Shown here piece by piece: positions 38,660 through 49,573 of a stretch of DNA of 64,000 bases. Position numbers and translations under genes: made by a program. This stretch comes from Deltaproteobacteria bacterium (GTDB lineage: Bacteria > Desulfobacterota > Desulfuromonadia > Desulfuromonadales > JAAYDE01), in contig JAAYDE010000035.1 in assembly GCA_012729375.1 (NCBI GenBank), positions 3,222-67,221 on the forward strand, written 5' to 3'. Every line of letters starts with the position of its first letter. Within the stretch, counting starts at the first letter, position 1. The notes beneath the pieces were generated by a model, which made no database searches, was not told where the DNA came from, and worked only from the letters and a program-made list of their open reading frames with translations.

Positions 38660-40221
38660 CGTTCCCCCTTCCCCTTTCTCAGATCATGCATAACCGCCGG
38701 CAGCGCGTCAGCCACCTCGCCGGCGCAAAGGCCGGCCACCCCTTTTTTCCCAGCGAGACGGTCCGCCGCGGCGCCATGGAGATAAACCCCCAAAACAGCC
38801 GCTTCGGCCACGCCCATCCCCTGCGCCACCAGACCACCGATCACGCCCGTGAGCACATCCCCCATGCCGCCGGTGGCCATCCCCGGATTGCCGCTGCCAT
38901 TGATGCGAACCCGCCCGTCGCCAAGGGCGATGATGGTAGCGGCCCCCTTAAGAACGACAGCCACCCCGAAACGGGCCGCGAAATCCCGCGCCACGCCGAT
39001 GCGGTCAGCCTCGATTTCGGTGGCACTCAGCCCACAGAGGCGGGCCATTTCCCCTGGATGGGGGGTCAAAACCACGGCCGCGGATTTTCGTTCCGCCAGC
39101 ACCTCGAGATGGCCCGCCAAGGCGTTGAGGGCATCGGCATCCACCACCAAAGGCACATCGCAATGGCGCACCAGGCGCCGCACCAGTGCCGTGGTCTCGG
39201 TGGCGGTGCCGAGGCCGGGCCCCAGGGCCAGGGCCTTTTTCCCCTCGGCCAAAGCGACGATCTGGTCAAAGGCCTGGAGACTCAGCGTTCCATCCCTGTC
39301 AGCCAGGGGAGAGGTCATCGCCTCGGTCAGCTGCGTTTCCAGAATGCCATGAACGGCCGCCGGGCAGGCGGCGGTCACCAGGCCCGCCCCGGACCTCAAC
39401 CCTCCCTTTGCAGCCAGCACGGCGGCGCCACTTTTGCCCGTGGCTCCGGCAACAATCAAAAGATGGCCAAAGGTTCCTTTGTGCCCGGCAAGGGGACGCT
39501 CCGGAAGAAGACTCGCGGCCACGTCGTCATCGACCAGTAGATGGCGGTCGGTAACCGTTTCCAGCAGCGCCCGCGGCATGCCGATATCTATTCTCCTGAT
39601 TTCCCCGACGTGGGATATTCCCGGCAGGATCATCTGCCCGACCTTGGGAAAGGCAAAGGCCGCCGTGCAGGTCGCCGTGACGGCACGGCCGAGAATCCGC
39701 CCGTAGCTGGCATCGACGCCGGAGGGGATGTCCACCGCCGCCACCGCAGCGCCGGAAGCGTTGATCCAATCGATGGCCGCGGCGCAATGCCCCTTCACCT
39801 CCGCGGCAAGTCCGGTACCGAAAATGGCATCGACGATGAGCCGCACCCCCGCCATCTTTGCCAGGATAGGGAGCAGAGATCCTTCATCGTCCGCATAACA
39901 CACCTGACCACCACTGCGGAGCAGTATTTCCAGGTTGACACGGGCATCCCCGGTGATGGCCGCCGGTTCCGCCAGGCACAGAACCTGTGCACGCCAGCCG
40001 AGGTTTTCCATGTGCCGGGCGATGACGTATCCATCACCGCCGTTGTTCCCCTTGCCACACACCACCAACATGGGACCGGGACGCAGGCAATGGAAAAACT
40101 CATCGAAATAAAGGGCCGCCCCGCGCCCGGCGTTTTCCATAAGAACCACGCCAGGGACCCCGTAGATTTCCATCGCCTGCCGATCCAGAAGGCGGACTTC
40201 ATCGGCGCTGACCAGTTTCAT
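38635..40221 (-). CDS. nnr: Bifunctional NAD(P)H-hydrate repair enzyme Nnr (epimerase/dehydratase)
   Basis: YjeF-N motif CGKGNNGGDGYV. The C-terminal carbohydrate-kinase part has GGMGDVLTGVIG. Confidence 0.9.
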   Translation of the reverse strand: MKLVSADEVRLLDRQAMEIYGVPGVVLMENAGRGAALYFDEFFHCLRPGPMLVVCGKGNNGGDGYVIARHMENLGWRAQVLCLAEPAAITGDARVNLEILLRSGGQVCYADDEGSLLPILAKMAGVRLIVDAIFGTGLAAEVKGHCAAAIDWINASGAAVAAVDIPSGVDASYGRILGRAVTATCTAAFAFPKVGQMILPGISHVGEIRRIDIGMPRALLETVTDRHLLVDDDVAASLLPERPLAGHKGTFGHLLIVAGATGKSGAAVLAAKGGLRSGAGLVTAACPAAVHGILETQLTEAMTSPLADRDGTLSLQAFDQIVALAEGKKALALGPGLGTATETTALVRRLVRHCDVPLVVDADALNALAGHLEVLAERKSAAVVLTPHPGEMARLCGLSATEIEADRIGVARDFAARFGVAVVLKGAATIIALGDGRVRINGSGNPGMATGGMGDVLTGVIGGLVAQGMGVAEAAVLGVYLHGAAADRLAGKKGVAGLCAGEVADALPAVMHDLRKGKGERCSQPRMS

Positions 40222-40619
40222 GGTTCCTTCTCCGCTACCACTACCGCCAGTGCATAATCGCCATCATGACTTAGGGAGAGAAAGAGGGAAGACAACCCGC
40301 GCTCCTGGCACATCGCGGCGGCCCGCCCCTTCAACACCAGTTCCGGCTTGCCCAGTGGATCATGTACCACCTCTATCTCCTGCCAGGAAAGACCATCCCG
40401 GAACCCGGTCCCCAAGGCCTTGGAAAAGCTCTCCTTGGCGGCGAACCGGGCGGCCAGATGAGGCGCCGGATCCCGTTTGGAAAAAGCGTAATCTCTCTCC
40501 GCCATCGTAAAAAGCCGCTCCAGCAAAGCGGTCTTTCCTTCTTCCAGAAAGCGGCGGAAACGGGCCACGCGAACCAGATCGGTTCCCAGGCCGCCGATCA
40601 CCTTGCCCCCCATCGCCAA
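40218..40619 (-). CDS. acpS: Holo-[acyl-carrier-protein] synthase
   Basis: GLGTDLVRVARF near the N-terminus, FAAKESFSKALG, and C-terminal SLSHDGDYALAVVV. The true start may be GTG 40601 (MIGGLGTDL). Confidence 0.85.
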   Translation of the reverse strand: MAMGGKVIGGLGTDLVRVARFRRFLEEGKTALLERLFTMAERDYAFSKRDPAPHLAARFAAKESFSKALGTGFRDGLSWQEIEVVHDPLGKPELVLKGRAAAMCQERGLSSLFLSLSHDGDYALAVVVAEKEP

Positions 40620-40774
40620 GCCCGCCGGACCATTCCAGCGATGCCATTGGCCCTGGCGCAGCTCTCCTTTTTGTGTTCACTCTTCAGCATCACTCTCAAC
40701 AGAGGATCGGTTCCCGAACAGCGGACCGGAACCTTCTCCTTCTCCCTCAACATGATAGGGTCAACCTTCGGTTT

Positions 40775-41512
40775 TCACTTTTTAGGCACGACAGACTTTT
40801 CCGTTTTCTCCACTTTCTCCGTTTCCTCGGATTTCTCTGATTGCTCGGGCTTCTCGGGTATAGGCTCCGGCAACTTCTCCACAACAACCCGCACCGCGAC
40901 CTCACGGCTATCCTTCAGAGAGGTATGCACCCCGGCAAGGTTGAGCCGCACCTTGGCGGAAAAGCTTTCCGTCGCGTCGCCGATGCTGATGGACTCGGTA
41001 ACGACCTCGCGAATCTTTCTGATTTCCGATTGCGCTCCCTGAACGGTCACCGCAGGGGGGTTGGCCTCCACCGAAACCAGCCGATACCCCTGGGGTGGCT
41101 TGCCGTTCACCGCCACCCGCACCGGCAACGTCGCTTCGGCGACGGTCTCCAGGCGGACATCGAGAATCGACGGGGAGAGCCGCGAAACCTTAAGGGCGCT
41201 GGGAACCTGAATGCGGTTTTCCAGACGGCCGAAGCTGGTCACCCCCGAATGGGCGCCCTTCAGGTCGACCGCCAGAGTGAAATCACTGGGACGCAGATTG
41301 GAAAGAATGGTCCTGGGGCCGCTGACCCGGACGTCGATCACACTGGGGACATCATTGACCACCATCAGCCCTTTGGGGATGTTTTTCAGTTCCAAAGGGA
41401 CGGAAAAACCGATCTCGGAGGTCTGCTCACCGGTGACAAAAAACCACAGGATCAGGGCCAGAAACAGAGAGAGCAGTTTGACCGACCAGTTTTGGGTAAT
41501 AAATTTAATCAT
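40775..41512 (-). CDS. cdaR: YbbR-domain protein (CdaR-like regulator of CdaA)
   Basis: N-terminus MIKFITQNWSVKLLSLFLALILWFFV, then repeated YbbR-like beta modules (VPLELKNIPKGL..., VRVAVNGKPPQGYRL...) and an acidic Glu/Lys tail. Confidence 0.8.
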   Translation of the reverse strand: MIKFITQNWSVKLLSLFLALILWFFVTGEQTSEIGFSVPLELKNIPKGLMVVNDVPSVIDVRVSGPRTILSNLRPSDFTLAVDLKGAHSGVTSFGRLENRIQVPSALKVSRLSPSILDVRLETVAEATLPVRVAVNGKPPQGYRLVSVEANPPAVTVQGAQSEIRKIREVVTESISIGDATESFSAKVRLNLAGVHTSLKDSREVAVRVVVEKLPEPIPEKPEQSEKSEETEKVEKTEKSVVPKK

Positions 41513-41570
41513 GTGCCCGCCATATCCCCATGATCCCCTGAAAATAGATTCGCAAGGACCGTCATAACGA

Positions 41571-42338
41571 TTATTTTTTCTGTTCCAGAAGCCGTTTGAG
41601 CAAGCGCCTCAGGGTGGAGGAATCAAGATCGCGGGTGATCTTGCCACCCACTACCACGGAGATCTTGCCGGTCTCTTCGGAAACCACCACGACGACGGCG
41701 TCGACCAGTTCGGTCAAACCGATGGCGGCCCGGTGCCGGGTGCCGAGGCTTTTGCTGATGTCGGGATTCTGGGAAAGGGGGAGGAAGCAGCCGGCCCGTT
41801 TGAGCCGTCCCTGCTGGATCACTACAGCCCCGTCATGGATGGGGGAATAGGGTAAAAAGATGGATGTGATCAGGTCGCCGGCCACCTTGGCGTCGATCTC
41901 GACGCCGATTTCGAGCATATCGCGCAACCCCGTTTCCCGTTCGATGACGATGAGCGCGCCTATCCTTCGGCTTGCCAGGGTGACACACCCCTTGACGATC
42001 TCTTCGATGATTTCCGTATCCTGGGGGTGGGCGGCGTCGGTGAAGAAAGGGTTTTTACCGACATGAATCAGGGCGCGGCGGATGTCGTTCTGGAAGAGCA
42101 CGACAATGACCAGCACCAGCGAGGAGAGAAAACCATCCAGCATCCACTGCAGGGTGAACAGACTGCTGACCTTGGAGCCGAGATAGACCAGAAAGATGAT
42201 GGCCAGGCCGAACAGCATCTGAACGGCCCGGGTTCCTTGGATGAGAAGGATGATCCGATAAATGAGGAAGGCGACCAGCAGGATGTCGACCACATCCAGC
42301 CATCGAAAATTCATGAACAGTTCCCAGATTTCGCTCAT
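41571..42338 (-). CDS. cdaA: Diadenylate cyclase CdaA
   Basis: Start trimmed to [11 protein letters not shown] (ATG 42338, ATGA overlap with the folP stop). Three N-terminal TM helices. DAC domain motifs GALIVIERETGL, HDGAVVI, GTRHRAA. Confidence 0.9.
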   Translation of the reverse strand: MSEIWELFMNFRWLDVVDILLVAFLIYRIILLIQGTRAVQMLFGLAIIFLVYLGSKVSSLFTLQWMLDGFLSSLVLVIVVLFQNDIRRALIHVGKNPFFTDAAHPQDTEIIEEIVKGCVTLASRRIGALIVIERETGLRDMLEIGVEIDAKVAGDLITSIFLPYSPIHDGAVVIQQGRLKRAGCFLPLSQNPDISKSLGTRHRAAIGLTELVDAVVVVVSEETGKISVVVGGKITRDLDSSTLRRLLKRLLEQKK

Positions 42339-43264
42339 GCTCTCCCGCTCGATGCCGCCCCTCCTCCGGCGCGGCGGCTGCATACGGCCCAGGCCGTCAG
42401 GGCGGCATCTCTGGCCGCACCGGCATCATGGACACGAAAGATTCTCACCCCCGCGGCGACCCCCAGGGCGATGGTCGCCAAGGTTCCAAAAAGGCGGTCC
42501 CCGGGATGGGGCCGCCCGAGGAGCGCGCCAAGGAAACTTTTGCGGGAGGTCCCTAATAAAACCGGCAACCCAAGTGATTGAAACTCTGCCAGCCGGCTCA
42601 GCAGTTCCAGATTGCCGTCCAAATCTTTGCCGAAACCGATACCGGGATCAACGGCCAGACGGCACCGGGGTATCCCGGACCGAACCGCCTTTTCTACTTG
42701 GGCCGTTAAAAAGGAGTAAACCTCGGAAAACAGATCCCGGTAACGGGTGTTCTCCTGCATCCCCCCAGGAGTACCCCGGGTGTGCATGAGGAACAGGCCG
42801 GCGCCCCCCTTGGCCACCACGGAGGCCATTTCCGGGTCAAACTGGAGTCCGCTGATGTCGTTAACGAAAGCGGCCCCGGCCGCTATCGCTTCGCGGGCCA
42901 CGACGCTTTTCCAGGTGTCCACGGAGAGGGGAACCGATACTTCGGAACGCAGGGCCTCGACAACCGGCACGATCCGCTCCAGTTCCAGATCCGCCGAAAC
43001 GGCCGCGGAACCAGGGCGAGTACTCTCCCCGCCGACATCGATGATATCCGCCCCTTGAGCAGCCAGGTGGCGCCCCTGGGAAAGGGCTGCCTCGACGGTT
43101 GCAAAACGTCCGCCGTCGTAAAATGAATCGGGAGTGACATTGAGAATGCCCATGATGCAGGGCCGGGCAAGATCGACGGAGCAACTCTTTCCTTCCAAAA
43201 GCAGAGCAGATCTTTGCCCCCCCGCCGCGGAGCGAACGGGCACCGGCCTTCCTTCCTGGTTCAT
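42335..43264 (-). CDS. folP: Dihydropteroate synthase
   Basis: [14 protein letters not shown] and [13 protein letters not shown]. 4-nt overlap with the ftsH stop. Confidence 0.9.
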   Translation of the reverse strand: MNQEGRPVPVRSAAGGQRSALLLEGKSCSVDLARPCIMGILNVTPDSFYDGGRFATVEAALSQGRHLAAQGADIIDVGGESTRPGSAAVSADLELERIVPVVEALRSEVSVPLSVDTWKSVVAREAIAAGAAFVNDISGLQFDPEMASVVAKGGAGLFLMHTRGTPGGMQENTRYRDLFSEVYSFLTAQVEKAVRSGIPRCRLAVDPGIGFGKDLDGNLELLSRLAEFQSLGLPVLLGTSRKSFLGALLGRPHPGDRLFGTLATIALGVAAGVRIFRVHDAGAARDAALTAWAVCSRRAGGGAASSGRA

Positions 43265-45111
43265 TCTCCGCCACCAGCTGAAGAAGGCTCTTCCTCCTCT
43301 TTGGTGGGTGCTTCTTTCGTCTGACTGTCGCCGAACACCAGACGGCGGATTTCATCGCCGTCCACCGTTTCCCGCTCGAGGAGAGCCTCAGCGATCGCTT
43401 CCAGTTTGTCCTTGTTCTCTTCGATCAGCTTTTTGATCCGGTTGTAGTTGCGGGTCACTATGTCGCGGATTTCATTGTCGATGAGCACCGCCGTGTCTTC
43501 GCTGTAGTTTTTGGTATGACCGAAGTCCCGGCCGAGGAAGATCTCCCCCTCCTTGTCGCCGAAAGACAAGGGACCGATCTTGTCGCTCATCCCCCATTCG
43601 CAGACCATTTTGCGGGCGATGGCGGTGGCTCTTTCGATGTCGTTGGAAGCGCCGCTGGTGATACTGCCCAGAGCCACCTCCTCCGCCACCCGGCCGCTCA
43701 TCAGCGTACAGATGAGGGCCTCCAGACCCTCCTTGTTTTCGTTGTACTTGTCTTCCTGAGGGAGATACATGGTCACCCCGAGAGCACGGCCGCGGGGGAT
43801 GATGGACACCTTGTGAACCGGATCGACACCGGGAATGAGCAGCGCCGCCAGGGCATGGCCCGCTTCATGGACAGCGGTGATCCGTTTCTCTTTTTCGGTG
43901 ATGACCAGGGAACGCCGCTCGGAACCCATGAGCACTTTGTCCTTGGCCTGTTCGAAATCGTCCTTGTCGACCAGGTTCTTGTTGGCGCGAGCGGCCAGCA
44001 AGGCCGCCTCGTTGACCAGGTTGGCAAGGTCGGCGCCGGAAAAACCGGGGGTGCTCTTGGCCACGATATCGAGGTCAACATCGGGGGCCAGGGGAACGCG
44101 GCGGGAATGGACCTTAAGGATCATCTTGCGCCCCTTGACGTCGGGCCGGGGCACCACCACCTGACGGTCAAAGCGGCCGGGACGCAATAACGCCGGATCG
44201 AGAACATCGGGGCGGTTGGTAGCGGCGATCAGGATAACCCCCTCGTTGGATTCGAAGCCGTCCATCTCGACCAGCAGCTGATTGAGGGTCTGTTCCCGTT
44301 CGTCATGGCCGCCGCCGAGGCCGGCACCGCGGTGTCTTCCCACAGCGTCGATCTCGTCGATAAAGATGATACAGGGCGCGTTCTTCTTTCCCTGGACGAA
44401 CAGATCGCGCACCCGACTGGCGCCGACACCGACGAACATCTCCACGAAATCGGACCCGGATATGGAGAAAAAGGGAACCCCGGCTTCGCCGGCGATGGCC
44501 CGCGCCAACAGGGTCTTTCCTGTCCCGGGGGGACCAACCAGCAGCACCCCTTTGGGAATGCGTCCGCCGAGGCGGGAAAACTTCTTGGGATCCTTGAGAA
44601 AAGAGACGATCTCTTCCAATTCATCCTTGGCCTCGTCAATGCCCGCCACATCCTTGAAAGTGACCTGCCCCTGGCTTTCGGAGAGAAGCTTTGCCCGGCT
44701 TTTACCGAAACTCATCGCTTTTCCTCCCCCCGACTGCATCTGACGCATGAAAAAGACCCAGACGGCGATAAGCAGCAGGATGGGCCCCCAAGACGCCAGC
44801 ATGGTGATCCAGAAACCGCGGTCCTCCTCGGGTTTGACATCGATCAACACGCCTCTTTCGCGCAGTTCGCTGACCAGGCTGGGATCGTCGGGGACAAAGG
44901 TTTTGAACAGAGTGTTGTCTTTGAGTTTCCCCTTGATGTCGGAACCCTGAATGGTCACTTCCTGAACCTGGCCGTTTTCCAGCGCCGACAGGAAGTTGGA
45001 ATAGGAAATCTGCTGCTGCTCCGGACTTTTCTGGGTCATCATATTGAAAAGCAAAATCATGACCAAAGAGATGACCAGCCACAGAGCCAGGTTTTTGTAG
45101 AATTGATTCAC
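43261..45111 (-). CDS. ftsH: ATP-dependent zinc metalloprotease FtsH
   Basis: Walker [14 protein letters not shown], Walker [13 protein letters not shown] region, zinc motif HEAGHA. GTG start. Confidence 0.97.
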   Translation of the reverse strand: MNQFYKNLALWLVISLVMILLFNMMTQKSPEQQQISYSNFLSALENGQVQEVTIQGSDIKGKLKDNTLFKTFVPDDPSLVSELRERGVLIDVKPEEDRGFWITMLASWGPILLLIAVWVFFMRQMQSGGGKAMSFGKSRAKLLSESQGQVTFKDVAGIDEAKDELEEIVSFLKDPKKFSRLGGRIPKGVLLVGPPGTGKTLLARAIAGEAGVPFFSISGSDFVEMFVGVGASRVRDLFVQGKKNAPCIIFIDEIDAVGRHRGAGLGGGHDEREQTLNQLLVEMDGFESNEGVILIAATNRPDVLDPALLRPGRFDRQVVVPRPDVKGRKMILKVHSRRVPLAPDVDLDIVAKSTPGFSGADLANLVNEAALLAARANKNLVDKDDFEQAKDKVLMGSERRSLVITEKEKRITAVHEAGHALAALLIPGVDPVHKVSIIPRGRALGVTMYLPQEDKYNENKEGLEALICTLMSGRVAEEVALGSITSGASNDIERATAIARKMVCEWGMSDKIGPLSFGDKEGEIFLGRDFGHTKNYSEDTAVLIDNEIRDIVTRNYNRIKKLIEENKDKLEAIAEALLERETVDGDEIRRLVFGDSQTKEAPTKEEEEPSSAGGGE

Positions 45112-45346
45112 CTCGACACCTCGGAAAGGTAAACAATAGGGATTCCGGGCTGTTCAGGCGCCGGAGAATAATCCCGGGAAGCTGCGAACAAAGGAAAAAG
45201 CCGGCACGACAGGCGATAAAAACGATCTCGACCGAGATAGGGAAGCAATTAATTAAAGAAGGATTATCAGGGCCGCGTCACCAAGTGCCGCAATGCTTAA
45301 ACAACCTGCGAAATTGATTGAAAATTTAACACAACTATAAAAACTA

Positions 45347-46726
45347 TCACAAGGAAAGATTTGGCCAGAGCTCTCCCGGGGCAAAAGTCAGACGCAAAAC
45401 CCTTGAGGTTTTCGGGCCGACGGGATAAAGGGCACTGCGCCTCAGGCCCGCCACCCACAAAATCTCCCCGGTCGCCACCAAAGGAACTCGACGACGCTGA
45501 TGAAAAGGAATCTTCAGATCAATGAAAAGCTCCTTGATTTTTTTTCGCCCCTTGCCCCCCTCCGGCTGGAAACGATCTCCGTCCCTGTAGGAGCGTACGG
45601 TCAGGGGAAAGGGGAGCAAATCGGCATCGAACTCCACGCTCCAGCGATCCTCTCCCCGACAATCCTCCGTCAACGAGGCGGCAAGTCTCCCCGCACCTGG
45701 AAGCAACAGTTCTCCGGGACCATGCAGGGGCAGGGAAAACGGTTCCGGGAAATCGGGCCGTTTTTCAAATAGCCACAACCGGTCATAATCCCTCCCCCCC
45801 CAACAACCGGGGAGAGCAACCTCGGCGTGGGGAGTGGATGAATCGAGGATCTTTTCCAGAGCCTGGAACTGGCGCCAGGAAAGGCCCGGCCGCGTTCCCC
45901 GAAGTCTTTCCAGAAAACCCCGCAGAAGCCTTCTCTGGACCGCCACGGGAAGCTCCCGAAGCCGGGGCAGGTGAATACTCCAGCCACCCGCCACCGATGC
46001 GCCGACCTGCGGCGACAGCCTGTCGATTTCGCCGCCCCAGTAATCCTCATCGGCGGCAAAAAATTCCGCCAGACGGCCGAGTTGTTCCTCGATGACAGGG
46101 TTGAACTCCCGCAGCAAGGGGAGCAGTTGGTGGCGAATCCGATTGCGGGTATAACGGCAATCCCGATTGCTGACGTCCTCGACGAAGACGATACTCTTTT
46201 TCTGCAGATAATCAAGAATCTGCCAGCGGGAAAACGGCAGAAGGGGACGAATAAAGCGGCCCGAGCGCGGACGCATGGCCGCCAGGCCGGTCGGTCCGCT
46301 GCCCCGCAGCAGACGATGAAGAACCGTTTCGGCCTGGTCGTCCAGGTGATGGCCGAGGGCGATCAGGTCACATCCTTTCTCATCGGCCACACGGAGCAGA
46401 TAGGAGCGCCGCAAATCCCTTGCGGCTTCTTCAATCCCTTGGCGCCGTTGCCGTGCCATGCGGGGAACATCGATGCGCTCGACATCCAGGGGAACGCCCC
46501 ATAAGCCACAAAGTTCCTCGACAAACTCCCTGTCTTTGGCCGCCTCGGAACGAATGCCATGGTCGAGATGGGCGGCCCGTAGGCGCAGGCCGAAGGCTCC
46601 AGCAACAGCCCGCAGCAGACCCAGCAGAGCGACGGAATCAGGCCCGCCGGAGAGAGCCGTCAGCACCGTCTCCCCTCCCAAAAACAGGCGCTGTTGCTTT
46701 ACTGAATGAAGAAATCTCCGCTCCAT
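45347..46726 (-). CDS. tilS: tRNA(Ile)-lysidine synthase
   Basis: Start trimmed to MERRFLHSVKQQ (ATG 46726); the track ORF runs into the upstream tRNA. PP-loop SGGPDSVAL. Confidence 0.9.
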   Translation of the reverse strand: MERRFLHSVKQQRLFLGGETVLTALSGGPDSVALLGLLRAVAGAFGLRLRAAHLDHGIRSEAAKDREFVEELCGLWGVPLDVERIDVPRMARQRRQGIEEAARDLRRSYLLRVADEKGCDLIALGHHLDDQAETVLHRLLRGSGPTGLAAMRPRSGRFIRPLLPFSRWQILDYLQKKSIVFVEDVSNRDCRYTRNRIRHQLLPLLREFNPVIEEQLGRLAEFFAADEDYWGGEIDRLSPQVGASVAGGWSIHLPRLRELPVAVQRRLLRGFLERLRGTRPGLSWRQFQALEKILDSSTPHAEVALPGCWGGRDYDRLWLFEKRPDFPEPFSLPLHGPGELLLPGAGRLAASLTEDCRGEDRWSVEFDADLLPFPLTVRSYRDGDRFQPEGGKGRKKIKELFIDLKIPFHQRRRVPLVATGEILWVAGLRRSALYPVGPKTSRVLRLTFAPGELWPNLSL

Positions 46727-46796
46727 GCCGTGGACTCCGGTCGGCAGCGCGCAAAAAGCAAAACCCCTCCTGGATTCAGGAAGGGTTCGCACATCT

Positions 46797-46873
46797 TGGT
46801 GGCGGTGCAGAGATTCGAACTCCGGACACTGCGGATATGAGCCGCATGCTCTAACCAACTGAGCTACACCGCC
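46797..46873 (-). tRNA. tRNA with CAU anticodon: elongator tRNA-Met or tRNA-Ile2 (lysidine substrate); cannot be distinguished by eye
   Basis: Reverse complement: GGCGGTG-TA-GCTC-AGTTGGTTA-GAGC-A-TGCGG-CTCATAT-CCGCA-GTGTC-CGGAG-TTCGAAT-CTCTG-CACCGCC-ACCA. Full 77-nt cloverleaf with encoded CCA. Confidence 0.9.
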
Positions 46874-46984
46874 TAAACGTTTTCAAAGGTTCGGCGACCG
46901 CATTAAATACAGACCGAAAAAGGCCGAAACGCGGTAACTCAATTCCTCCAGAACGACAAACCTCCCCTGGGGAGGCTTGAAAAT

Positions 46985-47061
<77 letters not shown>

Positions 47062-47165
47062 TCATCGTCCTTGCCAACGGTTTATTGAACCTGGTTAATA
47101 TAGCTAATAACCGTGACAAGAGTCAAGATGTTTTTCCTGAATCCGACGGATCGACCTCCGCCCGT

Positions 47166-47888
47166 TTACAACTGCTTGACGAGAACCGCCATTTTCTCTT
47201 CGCTGCGCAGGCGCTGGGCAACCGGCTCCGCCGCTCTGCGATCGGCATAGGGGCCCACCATGGCACGATACCAGGTTCCCGAGCCGGGCAAAGCCACTTC
47301 CTGCACCATGCCCGGATAGCCTTTTTTACGCAACCGCTGGATCAGCCCCTCAGCGTCCTGCTGTTTGCGGAAGGAGCCGACCTGAACGGCAACACCGCCT
47401 CTTCTGGCCGAAGTGGTCACTGCGGTGGCAACAACGGCCGCGGGCTGAGAAGAAGACATAGCCGGAGCAGCCGCGGGCACCGGCGGAGTCCTGGGCGCAG
47501 GCGCGGGAGCCGGTGCCGAAGATGGCGCCGGCACAGGTTTTTCGGGAGAAGGCGCCGGACGGGCGGGGGGGGCGTTGATGCCCGTACCCAAAGGTTGGCC
47601 TTGAGAGCGGGGCAATGTTTCGTAAAAGGTCAACTGCTTCATTTCCCGCTCTTCCTTGGCCGCCGGTGCCGGCGGCGTCGGTGCCGCAACCGGTTTGTCA
47701 ACAGGGACCGGAATGCGGGGGACGGCCTGCACCTGGGCTGGGGAATCCGCCACGGGAACGACCCTTTTCCCCATCAGAATCCCAAGGAAGAAACTGGCCA
47801 TGGACACGAAAAGAACCAACCCCATCAGCCACAGGGCCTGCTTCTTACCCCAGTTTTTCCGGTTCCGGGTCGGTATCTGGTTGGTCAT
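47166..47888 (-). CDS. SPOR domain protein (FtsN/DedD-like)
   Basis: N-terminal TM helix WLMGLVLFVSMASFFLGILMG, a Pro/Ala-rich linker, and a C-terminal SPOR domain VAVQVGSFRKQQDAEGLIQRLRKKGYPGMV...YRAMVGPYADRRAAE. Confidence 0.85.
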   Translation of the reverse strand: MTNQIPTRNRKNWGKKQALWLMGLVLFVSMASFFLGILMGKRVVPVADSPAQVQAVPRIPVPVDKPVAAPTPPAPAAKEEREMKQLTFYETLPRSQGQPLGTGINAPPARPAPSPEKPVPAPSSAPAPAPAPRTPPVPAAAPAMSSSQPAAVVATAVTTSARRGGVAVQVGSFRKQQDAEGLIQRLRKKGYPGMVQEVALPGSGTWYRAMVGPYADRRAAEPVAQRLRSEEKMAVLVKQL

Positions 47889-47905
47889 AAAAAACCTTCC
47901 TTTCC

Positions 47906-49573
47906 TTACATCCTTTCGGGAGCCGAAATCCCCAGTAGCGAGAGGGCATTGGCAATTACCGTCTGAATGCAGTTTACCAGATAAAGGCGGGCGGAGGTAG
48001 TTTTGGCGTCTTCGCCAACGACGCGATGGCGGTTGTAATAAGCATGAAACTGGGTGGCCAACTCCTGCAGATAGGCTGTCAGCCGATGGGGTTCAAAAGC
48101 ACGCCCGGCCGCCGCAACCACCTCTGGGAACTGGGCCAGAAACTTGGTCAGGGTCAGTTCCTCCGGCAGGTCCAGAACGGAAAAATCGATCGTTCCCCGC
48201 GCCGGCAACCCGATACCCTCTTCTGCGGCTTTGCGCTGGATACTGCAGATACGGGCATGGGCGTACTGGATATAATAAACGGGATTGTCGGCGCTCTGTT
48301 CCTTGGCCAGTTCCAGGTCAAAATCGAGTTTGCTGTCGGAGTGCCGGCTCAGAAAATAATAACGGCAGGCATCGGTGCCCACCTCATCCATTACCTCGCG
48401 GAGGGTGACAAACTCGCCGGAGCGGGTACTCATGGCGGCCGGAACGCCGCCGCGAAGGAGATTGACCAACTGGACCAGAATGACCTGAAGCGCTTCCCGG
48501 TCATGTCCCAGGGCGGCGACGGCAGCTTTCATGCGGGGGATATAACCGTGATGGTCGGCCCCCCAGATATCGATCACCAGGTCGAAGCCACGTTCGAATT
48601 TTTCCTTGTGATAGGCGACATCAGAGGCAAAATAGGTGGTCATGCCGTTGCTCCGCAGCATGACCCGGTCCTTGTCATCGCCAAAACGGGTGGACGCGAA
48701 CCAGAGCGCCTCATCCTTCTCGTAAGCAAACCCTTTTTCCCGCAAATAGTCCAGCCCTTTCTGGATCTCACCCCGTTCCCAGAGGGTCCGTTCGCTGTAC
48801 CAGTTGTCAAAACGGACTCCGAAGTCCGCAAGGTCGGTGGTGATGCCGGCGAGGATCCTGCTGCCGCCGAAATCAGTGAGAATGCGAACGGCCTCCTCTT
48901 CCGGGTGGTGCAGCAGTTGCTCGCCTTTTTCCGCCAGCGCCTGCCGCGCCAGGTCGCGGATATATTCCCCCTGATAGCAGTCACCTGGGAACGTCACCGC
49001 TTCTCCCAGCAATTGCCGGCAGCGCAACAGAATGGAACGACCCAAAGTCTGCATCTGGTTGCCGGCGTCGTTGATATAATACTCCCGCTGCACTTCATAA
49101 CCGCAGGCAGCTAAAAGAGCGGCCAGAGCATCCCCTGTCGCGGCACCCCGACCGTGACCGATATGCAAGGGTCCGGTAGGATTGGCGCTGACAAATTCCA
49201 CCTGGACCCGTTTTCCGGCGCCGAAATCCTGCCATCCGAAACACTTTTGCTGCTCGATTATCTCATCCAGGACACGAGCCCAGCATTCCGCGGTCAGGAA
49301 AAAATTGACGAAACCGGGGCCGGCAATTTCTACACGGGAAAAAATCTCCTCTTTGCCAGTCAGTTCCCGAATTATCACCTCCGCCACCTTCCTTGGCGGG
49401 GCTTTCTCTTTCTTGGCCAAAATCATCGCCACATTGGTCGCGAAATCACCATGGCCGGGATTGGCAGGCACTTCCACCAAGATGTCAACGGGGATCTCGC
49501 CGGAAACCAGGGAACCGCTTTCGTAGCAACGGGCGAGGGCTTCCCGCAGCAACTGCTTAAGCACATCCTTCAT
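47906..49573 (-). CDS. argS: Arginine--tRNA ligase
   Basis: Start set to ATG 49573 (MKDVLKQLL). HIGH region ANPTGPLHIGHGRGA and a C-terminal DALR anticodon-binding domain. Confidence 0.95.
   Translation of the reverse strand: MKDVLKQLLREALARCYESGSLVSGEIPVDILVEVPANPGHGDFATNVAMILAKKEKAPPRKVAEVIIRELTGKEEIFSRVEIAGPGFVNFFLTAECWARVLDEIIEQQKCFGWQDFGAGKRVQVEFVSANPTGPLHIGHGRGAATGDALAALLAACGYEVQREYYINDAGNQMQTLGRSILLRCRQLLGEAVTFPGDCYQGEYIRDLARQALAEKGEQLLHHPEEEAVRILTDFGGSRILAGITTDLADFGVRFDNWYSERTLWERGEIQKGLDYLREKGFAYEKDEALWFASTRFGDDKDRVMLRSNGMTTYFASDVAYHKEKFERGFDLVIDIWGADHHGYIPRMKAAVAALGHDREALQVILVQLVNLLRGGVPAAMSTRSGEFVTLREVMDEVGTDACRYYFLSRHSDSKLDFDLELAKEQSADNPVYYIQYAHARICSIQRKAAEEGIGLPARGTIDFSVLDLPEELTLTKFLAQFPEVVAAAGRAFEPHRLTAYLQELATQFHAYYNRHRVVGEDAKTTSARLYLVNCIQTVIANALSLLGISAPERM

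Noticed and set aside
40620-40774. Small ORF behind the strong AAAAAGGAGAG element upstream of acpS.
   Set aside because: The nearest ATG is 14 nt away and out of frame with acpS. It reads through the acpS start with an Arg/Gly-rich product, so it is probably coincidental.
46727-46858. N-terminal 44 codons of the tracked tilS ORF (MVRACGSYPQCPEFESLHRH...).
   Set aside because: This stretch is the reverse complement of the CAU tRNA gene at 46797-46873. The TilS homology and PP-loop begin after the internal ATG at 46726.
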